Below are positions 11,095 through 23,449 of a stretch of 64,000 nucleotides of DNA, piece after piece; the stretch's first letter is position 1, and each line of letters opens with the position of its first letter. The stretch is taken from NCBI RefSeq assembly GCF_964204865.1, contig NC_135264.1:9238001-9302000 (forward strand), read 5' to 3'. The DNA is from Styela clava (lineage: Eukaryota). The position numbers and the translations under genes were made by a program. The notes beneath the pieces were generated by a model, which saw only the letters and a list, made by a program, of their open reading frames with translations, was not told the DNA's origin and searched no databases.

Positions 11095-13450
11095 AAATCA
11101 CAATGCAAACATTATCAAGTCCATACATCTGGTACGAATACCTAGCTAACTAATACCCTAGCCAGCATGGACCTGCAACTGAACGGATATGATTTGAGTT
11201 CACCATATGATTTGAGTTGTCTTATCGACTCACTTAGAATAAATTTGAGAATTTGTTCTTAAAAATAGATTGTATGGTGGGTGGGTAACTGTCTATCCAC
11301 CATTCTGCATTTTTTTACAATTAGGTCAAGGCAAAAGAATAACATATCATTTAGCAAGGTATATTATGGGTTTCTCTGATAGGGACTTTACATTACACAT
11401 GGAAGACAAGACTAACCTAACAAAGTCACTCAACATGTTTTCATTGGTATAATTTTTTTTGTGGCTTCCAATTTTTGGCAACGTCTAAGGATTTCAACCC
11501 TCCTGAGTTCCTGACCTGTTCTGTACAAACTATGTAATATATAATCCATTACAAAGTAATGCTTATTAAGAGAATTCCGGCACAATAGCTTTCAAATGTT
11601 ATTTTTCACTTTCGAATAATTGAGGTTTTCATTGACTCTGTTCATTTCACATTTCACTGATCTAAAGTGTTTTTCAACCTAACTCATTTCAAAGTGGTCT
11701 CGATCATAACACTAAGTTTTGCTCGCATGGGAATGTTCATGAATCGCCTGTTTTTTTCAACATTCGTTAAGTTATTAATTGGCACCCAGAGTCTCACCAA
11801 CAGTCAGGATGTACCAAATGGTAATTCTCGTACATTTCGTATATTTTTGTTAGTTCCAGATACTAATTCTCACTAAATGAATATCTTTGCAAAGCCCCCT
11901 AAATTAGCATTATATATAATTTGTTCATATCCATTCAAAAGGGATAATCAATGAGGCTGAAAATTTAATGATTAAAACTGAATCGTTCAAAAATTTCTCA
12001 ATTTTATATATTTATCAATAATCATTTTAAAATTCTGATTCAAATAATTTACCCGTTCCTCAACAGGCAAAAAAGTGCATTTGTCAATTTTTATCAACTG
12101 TGTTCCCTTTTTACTTTATTATACAAAAATACAATGTTATTTCTCATAACCTGTGAATTATTTTATCACAAAGGGTCATTTTGTGACCTTTAACCCTTTG
12201 CGAGTTCGAAGCAATTTTTACCTAATATAATTTGATTTATGCATTTCTATATATCAACCTAGATAATAAGCAATTGGTGTCTTACTATATTGTCTATATA
12301 TTTTTTGTTGTTTCAAGATGAAAATAATTGCTTGAAAATTGTTGATTGAATTTATGCTAACTTTTTTTTATTTTTTTAAAGTGAATTTGACAGGGTCAAT
12401 TGAAATTTTTGTGAAGCTTGGTGTAAGAAAATTAATGTTTAAACCTATTTATGAGCATTTCGATTAAAAATGTTGCCGCAAATAAAAATGAATGCTAAAA
12501 TACTATTTACGGACTCCGTACTATCTCATATTTTTCTGTGACTAAATACACTTTTTCTTCAATTCATCCATTTATTTTCCAATTCTAGCTCGCTTTGATA
12601 ATGAGGTAATTTTCATGATTATTTTTAACTTCTTTCACAACAAGGCGGAGTCTTACTGTTTCGGCGTTACCTGCCTAGTTTATTACACCCTGAGTGTGAT
12701 TTGATGGGAATTAGTTGTTGACAGAAATAAGGTAGGCCAGTCAAAAAAAGACTTCTGGATCTTAAAAAATCACAATAATATAGTCACTTACTTCTCTATA
12801 TCAGAGAAATGACCTATTTTGTACTAATATATGTATATTTCATGAGACAAAATTAGAAATGTTACCTATGGATGCTATACATTTAGCATAAGAAATTTAT
12901 AGCGACCTTACATAAAAACTACTCTTATATTTGTTACATTGAATGTAAATTTATCTCAAGATCAATTTGTCAAATTTTAACATATTGTTTCAATAGACAC
13001 CTCATATTTGCCACTCTTCATTTTTTTTTGTATTATTTAAAACTGGAAGATGCCATATTTTTTCGTTTGTACATATTTTATTTCTTAAAATATAGTATAT
13101 AGCACATCGTTAAATGTTTCATAAAAAGTGAAATTTGAAACAACAATTGAATTCTATTAAGAGCAAATAAATTTTGATAAAGGATTTTTTGTCTGGCTGA
13201 GTATGGTATTAGCCATGCTTGGAGAGCAACAAGATTTGTACTTTTTTTGTGCATTTTCAAGCAGCACCATATTGTAGTATTTCTGTATTGTGATGTTCCG
13301 GCTGCTTTTAACTACGGTATATTGAAATATATTATTCTTAATGTAATAAAAATAATATTTCCTTTGAGATGAGAGTATTGGTGTTGGTTAGTTTGCCAGT
13401 GGTTAGAAAGATCGAAAAGTTTTGATATATACCGTTGGGTTATGCTAAAG

Positions 13451-14725
13451 AAGTGTTTCCCAACCCGAGTCCGCGGTCACAAATGAGTCCGCGGAGCTGT
13501 TGAATAAGTCCGCAACGAGCCAGAAATTCACTGCGGGCAGCAAACGTTTTTGCGAAATTTAACTATCAGCCAAGTTACGATTTACACAAAACATAAGAAG
13601 TAAGATTACTTACATAACATTAATCGAGTTAATATTACTGGTTACTGAGTATATATGGGCATATATCCGAACATTATCTATTAGAATAGCAATTTACTAT
13701 TCAAAAATTTGTTAACAGGTGACGCGAGACGAAAACACGAGTCGGCAGATGCGTCAATAGATACTTGAGTGGTGTTTCTCGCGAGGTTTTGTTGGTAGAT
13801 GTCAAAGGTGGCAACCTAAATTTTCTAAATTGAAAAGCGACAATACTCAAAATAAAACGGAGAACACCGTAAGTTTCGTTTTATGATGGACGCGACCAAT
13901 TATAAACGCTTTTTTAGACATTGCAAATCACAAAATTTTGGGTGCTACCTTAGTATACGTACCGGGGCATTTTTCCCTTCGGATACTTTTTTTAATGCCT
14001 CCACATTCGTACGTACAAAACTGGAGCGCCGTGAGTGTTGTACGAACATTTCAGATTTGTCGAATTTACAAAAATACGAATCAAAACAAAATATAATCGG
14101 TCCCTTTACCTCGCATTTTTGTGTCCACGGATTGTCATGATATTTTCTGAGCTTTTATTTCGTCAACACAACCGCAGATTGAAATGATCACAATTAAATT
14201 AATAATAAAGCAAGGCGATGAATATCTATTTTTGATTCACTAATATAGTTCAATTAAATTTTCAGGTACTGGTTCAGGTTCTAACTGCGGTAACAAATTC
14301 GCAAGATCGCAAAAAATATGTATCAAAACTAAATATAATCTGGCAGTAGATTCTCACAATAGTATGTTCGCAGATTGCCGTGGCATTTTAGAGAAATAAT
14401 GCTTTCATTTTGCCGTAAGTCGGCGCAACCACGAGTTACCATGAACACAATCAAATTAAAATATAAAGACACTTTAAATTCTCGTCGTTGTCATGGATTG
14501 AATATTTTCCGACAGAAAAGGCCATTATACCCTAACAAAGTCGGCCATTTTAACGAACGCGTAATTGCGGCAAATTTCCGATTTTGGAATTCGGTAAAAT
14601 TCTGCTGTGTCTGGTTTTAATGGTTCTTCACACAGAGTACGATTGCAATAAATGCACCTTGAGTCCGCAAAAGGGTTTCGCTGGTGAGAAAATAGTCCGC
14701 GACCAAAAAAGGTTTGGAAACACTG
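13451..14725. mobile_element. Non-autonomous hAT (Buster/Charlie-like) element, 1275 bp
   Basis: TIR AAGTGTTTCCCAACC / GGTTTGGAAACACTG; perfect TSD TGCTAAAG (13443-13450, 14726-14733); AGTCCGC subterminal repeats. Confidence 0.88.
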
Positions 14726-16950
14726 TGCTAAAGTGAGCTCCGTAGGTGCATAAGTGTCGAAAGGACTAAATACGCGTTGGGTGAGATATAGTATGTAGTT
14801 TTTACCCTAAAGTTTCATGATTTGGTAATGATTGGGAATCACCGTCCGTTTTTTTACATACGCTGGGCTGACACTGATTTATAGATATACAGTATACATA
14901 CTTTAATATTAGCAAGAACGTGTTGTCCAGAATTGTTGGTCACGCACGCCGTATCACTGATCCTAATTTTCGTCATTTTTCACAGCACATATATGGTGGT
15001 ATTGCAGTACATCATTAGGTAGGCCTATTTTGATTCATGTTGCAATAGACACATGAATCATCATCGTCATAGGATCTGGTTTAGCTAGGACAGTCCAGGT
15101 ACCGGCTATGGGAGCTGTTCCACAGTAGTTACAGCTTCGTTCTGGGTATGATTTTAGAGAGAATTGTGGGTAAAATATTTTCCTTTGTCTTTCGTGTTCA
15201 TATATTCGAGCATTGCTCTCTTGTAATTGACAGAAATGAGAGGCAATATTTTTAAAACTTTTTCGACCGGCCATCAAAACCCTAATTTATCTACCAAGAT
15301 GTCAACCAATACTAATGTTAATTTGTGTTAAATATTGTATACTCTACATTATTATAAGGGTAATGGTGAAAACTTTTTTTTGTGCTGAAAAGTTCATGCG
15401 ACAAATCGCATGTTACACCATTTTCTCTTGTCTCGTCTTTTTCTGGCGTCATGTGATTCCTAATACCCAATGAAAAAGCCTCTTCAGTTTGCTGTCTCCT
15501 CCGCCCTCTTTGTCTCTTTATTATATCCGAATTTTTTTTTCTTGCCACGTCGAAATCTGTCTCCGCACAGACGGTCTTTTCAAATTTGACGCCGTCGGGT
15601 GAGCACTGACTTTATTTTTGAGAATTTTTAAGTTTATGTAAGTTGCTTATGTGTCCTTGTAATCTGACACTTGTATTACCTTACAGTCATTTTCTAAGAT
15701 TTTACACTAAACTTAGGCCTACAATTACTTAATCAAATGTCTACAAAGTGGAATTGAGATTAGAAGTTTTGTATTGGTGAGACGACGGCGTAAACAAATG
15801 AAGGCGTTAGAGAACAAGGAAATATTCACGTTAGAACAGGTAAAAAATTTATTCAAATTTACTCTTTGAATGGTTCCCATTATATGAATTACCCTATTTC
15901 TGTCTTTATCTTTTGATAGCGTTTATTCAGCCTGCATTTTGCATCTTAGCTAAATATAGTTAAGATCGTGTTTATGCAAACTGACTGCTGCGGATGTAAA
16001 CATGCTGTGAATGTTGACATCGTGAACTGCTGGGGCGGAACAGAGAATATGTGCAAAGGTTTTGGACCATTTCATAAGAAATACATCGTTGCTAAACTAA
16101 TACTCGACAAATATATGGTCGTGCAGATGTGTTCCAGATATAGTACAGGTGATATTATTTGCTGAATTTTCTGTCATTCCTATGGTCACGTTTAAAAACA
16201 ATTTTGTTTCTTTATTGTAATATTTTCTTTTCGCATCAAAATTTGTGGGCCCAGGTGATCAGTTTGACGACATCAAGCGAGTATTTCTTATATATATGTT
16301 GTTCTTTTTAATTTGTTTCTTCGTGTGTTATGTTCATCTCATTATATTTTCATCGTTTTTTTTTTCTTCATTAATAATTGCGTTTATAAGTCCTTCAACA
16401 GCTATACTAATGCGATTGAGGCCTACAATTGTTGATTCAAATGTCTACGAAATGGAAATGTTGAAGTGAAGCGAAAACGAAAGATACACCGACTTGACTA
16501 CTAACTATAGGTAAATTAATAATCTAGTTAGTCCATAGCATAGTATTAAACTATTTATGCGGTGGTTGATGTCTAAATCTCGAATCGAAGACTCACGAAA
16601 GTATGGCAAAACGAAGGCAGTCGAGGTTTACCAAGGTAACTATTAATCTATAATATACAACGGTTTCTTATATTCTCCTTAGCATAACTCTAATTCCATA
16701 CTACTGGGGTCATGTGCTAAGGAACGCACATAATACGAGCATCTAACGCAATTACCAAATGATCTGGCTTACTTTACAGGTTTCTCGTTTACTTTCAGGC
16801 GATTTATGGGTTCTTTAACAGTTATGTTTACTAATGCAGCTAGTCTAATATTAGGCCTACAATAATTGATTTGGGGGGTGGAATAGGACCACAAATTTTG
16901 GAGATGTTGTCATCGGGATCTGCTGGAGGATATGCGGAAAACATTCAGAA

Positions 16951-17131
16951 TGGTTACAGGAAAATTCGCCGCCGGAAATTTTGCCGTAAAACAAGTATTT
17001 ATGACAAAAACAGGTTTTCCAAGTACATTTTTATTTAAAAAATTTATTTTATTGAAGAGCATACCGTAACCCTATTATCACAAATACTTGTTTTACAGCA
17101 AAATGCTCTTGCGACGAAATTTCCGGACACG
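16951..17131. mobile_element. Palindromic MITE with 8-bp TSD
   Basis: Arms GGAAAATTCGCCGC..GCCGTAAAACAAGTATTT / AAATACTTGTTTTACAGC..GCGACGAAATTTCC; TSD ATTCAGAA (16943-16950, 17132-17139). Confidence 0.8.
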
Positions 17132-17869
17132 ATTCAGAACAATGTAACTGAAAGTGAGTTTTTATCAACACAATCGTTGTCTTTCCTGTAAGACTTGTTT
17201 GCTGTTGTTCACAATATGATAACGATCTTATTGTTTGTATTTTCGATGCGTCTCAAGATAAAAGGAAAGGTATGTAAGTATCTTACTATATTTTTAATTT
17301 TCAATTATATATGGTAGGTGCCTGTTTCTATGTGTCTTAGAACATAAATTTGAGTGTTTTTTTAATAATATCTAACCGAAATAATCGGAATCCGATGTTT
17401 ATGTTTGTGTTACAGAAATTGTCGGAGTGTGAAATTTGAATGTATTCGCTGAAAGCTGAAAACTGTTTGTTAAATTAATGTAGGACTCGTTTCAGATGAA
17501 ACTAAAGTAAGTTATTTAAAAAATTTTGAAGAAAATTGAAATTCCCACTATTTAACGTATTTTTTTTACAATACGATGTTTTTGTTTTGCTCCAGAAATT
17601 TTCAATTATTGCTTGAAAGTATTCAATGCGATCGACAAACATGTGAAACAAAGTACGGCTTTACTGTATGTCTCATAAAAAGTTCAAAAATGGGCGAATG
17701 GACGAATTTAACGAAAAAAGTGGGAACTACGGCTCTAAAATCACTCTTGCTGGCAGTCTTCTTGTTTTGTAAATTGAATTCAATTCTCACTAAAATTAAA
17801 AGCTAGCATTCATTCCGACCCGAAAAATCTTATCTGCACCAGCATAGGCGTCTTTGTGGTTTGCCTGTC

Positions 17870-18010
17870 TATATTGGGTATGGGAATGGTAACCGGTATT
17901 ATTAGTTTTGAATGCATGTTTGATATGGCGGGGGTAGCTCTAACCGACCAGTTGTTACGTGAACCACTTAGAGTCGGCAATCCTCTTGCCCGTAATTGCC
18001 CACACTTCCA
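17870..18010 (-). mobile_element. SINE fragment
   Basis: taaccgaccagttgttacgtgaaccac and gcaatcctct match the 57-kb SINE. Confidence 0.6.
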
Positions 18011-19417
18011 TGAGTCACGCCTCTAGGCCGAGTTATTCTTCTAAGACGTGAAATGCATGGCTTTTTGCGATTTTAAGTCTCGGCAATCGTTATCCAAGCA
18101 AATATTATTCTCTAAACGAAACTCTATATAAACATCCTTGAGCTACTATTCCCATACGTTCTTACCAACTTGTATTTTATCACGCAGGTTCTGTCCGGAA
18201 AACGGGATTAGCGTAATCGTACTGAGGCGACAACGGATCTCCCAAATTCATCGTCTGGTGGTTGAAGAGTTTTTATAATTGCGCGCAAGAACACAATGGT
18301 TCCAAATAGAATAGTGAAGTATAAATATGGCTTCCGTTTCATTCAATTAGCATTCTACAATTCATACAATTGCCATTCTTGGCCAAGTCCTTATCCCAGT
18401 TCATGCAAGTTGATCATTTCATTTAGAGACGTTTTTTATTAATAGACTGGATCCAATGATATTTGTAAGCTAGTATTTCAGCTGCAAAATCCTTCTTTTC
18501 CCTATTCGCTGCTGATTTTAATCCGCACATATATTTCACACCCACGAAAATAACTAATTTAATGTTGTCACACACGCTTGACGAAGCAACGACCCTATGT
18601 TCAACTCGTATAGACTCTGTGGTGGTTAATTGACAGATTGCATACCATCCTACTCCATTCAATTTTAGATACATCGTTCTGTCCCAAGTTGAAATCTATT
18701 TTTATATTTCAGTTGCGTTGTGGATTGGAAGGTCGGAGAAAAGAGACGTGAGGGAAGCACGTTGACAAAGAAGTAAATGGTCGTTCCATCATAGTTTTTT
18801 GAAATTATGTGAATTATTTAAATCGTGTGTATTTCAATTTTTTCATATCAAATCTTGTCGACGGCCCCAGTGGCGTATCTACGTGAAATGGCGCCATGAA
18901 GTTTAAAAATGCGCCCCTTGGATCATTGACTAGCAATTTCAACTATTTGTCGAAGAGATTTGCTCCCATACCCTCTATACGCACTTCGCCCCAGGTTTTC
19001 TGAACAAATCAACGATCTACTCTGTGGACAATGTCTGGTAATCAGGAAATGCGAGCTCTGCATTCTAATCAGTGGCTCTGAACTAGATGGGTTTCTGAAT
19101 GTTTGGGGATATATAATTGATTATTTTTTTGAAGTTGTTTTTTTACTCTTGCATTCGAGAGAATGTCTATAAAAGGCTCGTTTAGAAAGCCTGGTAGAGG
19201 TCTAAATGATTCTTGCAGTATATTTTTATATTCATGCTTACTCGTAAAATAAAATTATTGAAGCAATATTCTTTCCTGGAAGCTTTGGCCTATATGGGAT
19301 GTCAGAAATTGGGTATTGTTGAAGGTGCGTAATAAAAAGGTGCAAGGTTAAGGTAATTTTTCTATGGCGAGCTGCGTTTTTCCGCGTTTGTAACAATATG
19401 ACGTCACTGGTTATGAA

Positions 19418-20306
19418 TGACGTCACACCGGCGAGCCGCGAATTTCTGGGGCAGGCCGGATTCGGGCCAAAACGACGTCATTTTTTTTTATATCTCTGGC
19501 CGACCATCGGCCATAGATAATTCGAGCGTAAATGATTAAATTTATCTACGATCATGCTTGATCATACATGATATGTGTATGAATTTCAAAAATCTGCCAT
19601 TTCTAAGGTCTGAACCCTTCGAATTTCATCATTTTCGCCTATTTTGGGGTTTTAGTTGGTCTTACAGGCTAGAGTTCTCTTTGGTATGTAGATCTTTGCG
19701 TCACCCTTCCAATGACGACACACATTTAGTGAGGAGATGTTAGATATACGGGGTTCAAACTCTGGCTACCAGGAACAAATTGATGGTTTTCCAGCTGCTT
19801 TACCAACTAGGCCAATTCAAAACTTGCAGACAGAAGTCTAAGTTCTAATATTTATTTCTCATCTCAAACAAATGAATAAAATAGCAGAGTCATTTGAGAT
19901 GATTCATGAATATTAGATCTTATAACTTTGCTCTCACGTTCCTCCTTGGCCTAATTAGTAAATATACCTCTATTCTGTTGGGGTGACCAAAGTTTGAATC
20001 CTGTGAACCTAATATCCCGTATTAAATTTGTGTCGTCAATAAATGGATTGCGCAAAAATATAAAGTGCGAAAAAGCCCCACGGGTCCGAAATGGCGAAAA
20101 TGGAAGAAAAACGAAGGGTCAGACGTTGGAAAAAGTGGAATTTGCACATTTTTGTTCGCACCATGTATCTTCAAGCACGATCGTAGATAAATTTCAGTAA
20201 TTACACCCGATCAATCTATGGCCATGGTCGGCAAGAGATAAAAACAATTGCCGTGTTCCAGCCCGGATCCGGCCTGCCCCAAAAAGTCGCGGCTCCTGTG
20301 ACGTCA
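19418..20306. mobile_element. Long inverted-repeat (foldback-like) element, arms ~19418-19650 and ~20075-20306
   Basis: Arms share, in inverted orientation, TGACGTCAC, GAGCCGCG, GGGGCAGGCCGGA, CCGACCAT(C)GGCCATAGAT and AAATTTATCTACGATC; termini and TSD not resolved. Confidence 0.72.
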
Positions 20307-21409
20307 CAACCCGGTTACGCCGCACGCACCTCGCTTTACACAAAGATGGTCGCTATCCTATCCCAAACAATAACTACTCAAAACCTGACAAACCAATCCC
20401 GGACTCTGAGCCAGCATGTAATTTCTCAACTGTTCCATTTATGAAATAGGCTTACACGAACACAAATAATGGAAATTATGTTAAAATAGCACACAAATGC
20501 AAGATTCCGGGCACAAAACAAAAAATAGTCGCACATTTGTCGAAAAAGTGAAATTTCGACAATAAAAATAATCATTTTTGAGAACAGCTTCATTTCAATT
20601 TTCCCAAAGACACTAATAGTGACCACAATTTCCTAAAATAATATGTAAACGTACTTGGCACAAAAATATAAATCTTATTCAAAATAGCAATATAAAATAA
20701 CTGGCCGTTGAGATATTGTATAAGTGTTTTAACCTTTTTATTTTAAAGGTTAACATAAATCAATATGCAGTAAACCATACACGGAGCTTGATATTTTATT
20801 GAATTGAACACATTTTAAACAGCATCTAGCCCCGCGTAAACATCCACTCCAATCCCACAGCAATTTTAAAAACAGAACAGACGAGAATGCTACGAAATAA
20901 AACAGGTAGATTCAAAATACTATCAAATTAAAATTTAAACAATACTCATAAAATGGATTCTCAAGAAGAAAGTCTTATTGGGCCTTAGCTTATAATAGCA
21001 TGTTTCTTTAGGCGCTCCATAAATGTTCACAGTTTAGAGCCTTACCACGATATAATACGCGTGGCAATATTTTATTACAAGTGATTGTTTGAAGCATTGG
21101 TTTAGGCTTGGTTAGACGATTGTGTTCAGTTTGTGCCTCGTGGTTTTGCAGTATGACTTGACTGTGTTTAGCCTTATCAGTGTGTTGAGCTCAGTTGAAT
21201 TATAAATGCTGCGGCGAAGGTTTAGATTATGAAGGTCACTTCGATGCTTGCAAGACGATCGATCTACAAAAGAATAATAATGTTATATAAACTTCAAGTC
21301 AAATATTAATATACGGAGTAAGTCACAAGTGTCTAGTCTAGTTACTAGAGTATGTAAAAATAATTTGGACAGATACCCACAAGCAATTTGCATAGACTGT
21401 GTTGCGAAC

Positions 21410-21620
21410 TATGGCCTTGGCCTAACCCTAACCTGGTTCACATACTACGTTCCGGGTGTCCGCCATCTTGGTTATGCATTGGGAGTACGTGGCGCAATTA
21501 GAATAGGATTCACATATTTATCCAGGGGGAGAGGGAACCTGATAAGACGGCTCAATCATATGGCAAGCCAGGGCTCTGGTCCGGTTACCATTTCATGTCG
21601 TGTATGGGATTAGTTAGCCA
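21410..21620 (-). mobile_element. Adjacent fragments of the Merlin-like MITE family (~21410-21490) and the SINE 3' part (~21500-21620)
   Basis: cctaaccctaacctggttcacatac...cgccatcttgg matches 57785-57887 reversed; acatatttatccagggggagagg..gataagacggct matches 56980-57075. Confidence 0.68.
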
Positions 21621-22249
21621 GATCAGCAGATACGGTTTTATGCAGGGTACGGATACCGTACTGTAGTATAAAGTCAAAAGCTGGGCAGCACTGCATCACG
21701 GACGTTAAGTATTTTAATCGATATATAATATTAACAGGACTTGAGAATCTACAAATTAAAACAATTAACGATTAAGTTAATGTGCCTTGATTATGCAGTA
21801 TTAAAAGCGTTAGAAATGCTTACCAATATTGTTTTTATGGAGTAGTGTGCCTTTTTATCAATAATTCAAATTCTGATAACCGATCGAAATAACTCATCCA
21901 ATAATGTTGATGGTAATTTTTCCATAGTGGCATTCTGAAGAAAAATATTCAGAAACATTATTTCAATTCTAAGTATGCGGTTAAAATATATAATCCCCTT
22001 CCACATCTCGAATTTACCTACAGAGATTACAACATGTCAAAATTAGCTTGATCATCGAATTACCTTTTCAAATACTCCTGCATTCTACACTCGGATGATT
22101 ACCAGTTCAGTGCGAATTTCAAATAAAAAATGTTCATATTAGACGACCAACAGTGCTAATTGTGATCCATCAACAATTTCATCGCCTATAATTTGTAGGG
22201 GTTAAGTGTCAACTCGAAAAAAGAAGGCCAGCAGTAATGCTCGTGTTCA

Positions 22250-23187
22250 TAGCCTGCAAAACAAAAAATGGTAAGAGCCTGCAAAGCCAAAAATGGTTAG
22301 AGCCTGCAAAGCCAAAAATAGCCTGCAAAACAAAAAATGGTAAGAGCCTGCAAAGCCAAAAATGGTTAGAGCCTGCAAAGCCAAAAATGGTTAGAGCCTG
22401 CAAAGCCAAAAACTGTTCGAGCTTGCAAAGCCAAAAATAGTCCGAGCCTGCAAAGCTAAAAACTGTTAGAGCCTGCAAAAGAAAAAATGGTTAGAGCCTG
22501 CAAGACCAAAAATGATTAGAGCCTGCAAAACAAAAAATGATTAGAGCCTGCAAAACAAAAAATGATTAGAGCCTGTATACAAAAAAGGTCAAGATCCTGC
22601 AAAACAAAAAATGGTCAACAAGAGCCTGCAAAAACAAAAATGGTTAGAGCCTGCAAAACCAAAAATGGTTAGAGCCTGCAAAACCAAAAATGGTTAGAGC
22701 CTGCAAAACCAAAAATGGTTAGAGCCTGCAAAACAATAAATGATTAGAGCCTGCAAAACAAAAAATGGTTGGAGCCTGCAAAACCAAAAATGGTTAGAGC
22801 CTGCAAAACCAAAAATGGTTAGAGCCTGCAAAACAAAAAATGATTAGAGCCTGCAAAACAAAAAATGGTTGGAGCCTGCAAAACCAAAATTGATTAGAGT
22901 CTGCAAAGCCAAAAATGATTAGAGCCTGCAAAGCCAAAAATGATTAGAGCCTGCAAAGCCAAAAATGGTTAGAGTCTGCAAAGCCAAAAATGATTAGAGC
23001 CTGTAAAACAAAAAATGGTCAAAAGCCTGCAGAGTCAAAAATGGCTAGCCTGCGGAACCAAAAATGGTTAGAGCCTGCGAAACCAGAAATTGTCAGAGCC
23101 TGCAAAACCAAAAATGGTTACAGCCTGCAAAACAAAAATGGTTAGGGCCTGAAAAAATACGGTTAGATGCAGCCTTCAAAACAAAAA
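22250..23187. repeat. Minisatellite, 25-bp unit AGAGCCTGCAAA(A/G)CCAAAAATGGTT, roughly 37 copies
   Basis: Period of 25 read directly (units at 22621, 22646, 22671). Confidence 0.95.
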
Positions 23188-23449
23188 GAACATCAATGAA
23201 CAAGAAAATAGTTGAAATTCGGTAATAAACACGTACATAATGGCATAATATAGGCGTTAATTAAATGAGTCAACTTATCACAGGTTAACACATCACATCT
23301 GATCAACCAACAAAAAAATATCAACGTAAACGTAGAATCTGTAAAAATAATCTTTCGTCGAGAGTCTAATATAGAAAAGCACCTAAATATATAAATTTGG
23401 TTTTAACGTAGGAATGAATGCGTACACCATTGCGTTTATCCATCCTCCA

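Noticed and set aside
15035-15548. Two adjacent minus-strand ORFs, one with CxxC
   Set aside because: Non-ATG starts, different frames and no recognisable domain.
15968-16005. miRNA-like hairpin (gtgtttat...gtaaacat)
   Set aside because: The stem is too short and imperfect for a pre-miRNA.
22209-22478. Repetitive ORFs on both strands
   Set aside because: They are translations of the 25-bp minisatellite, whose unit length is not a multiple of 3.
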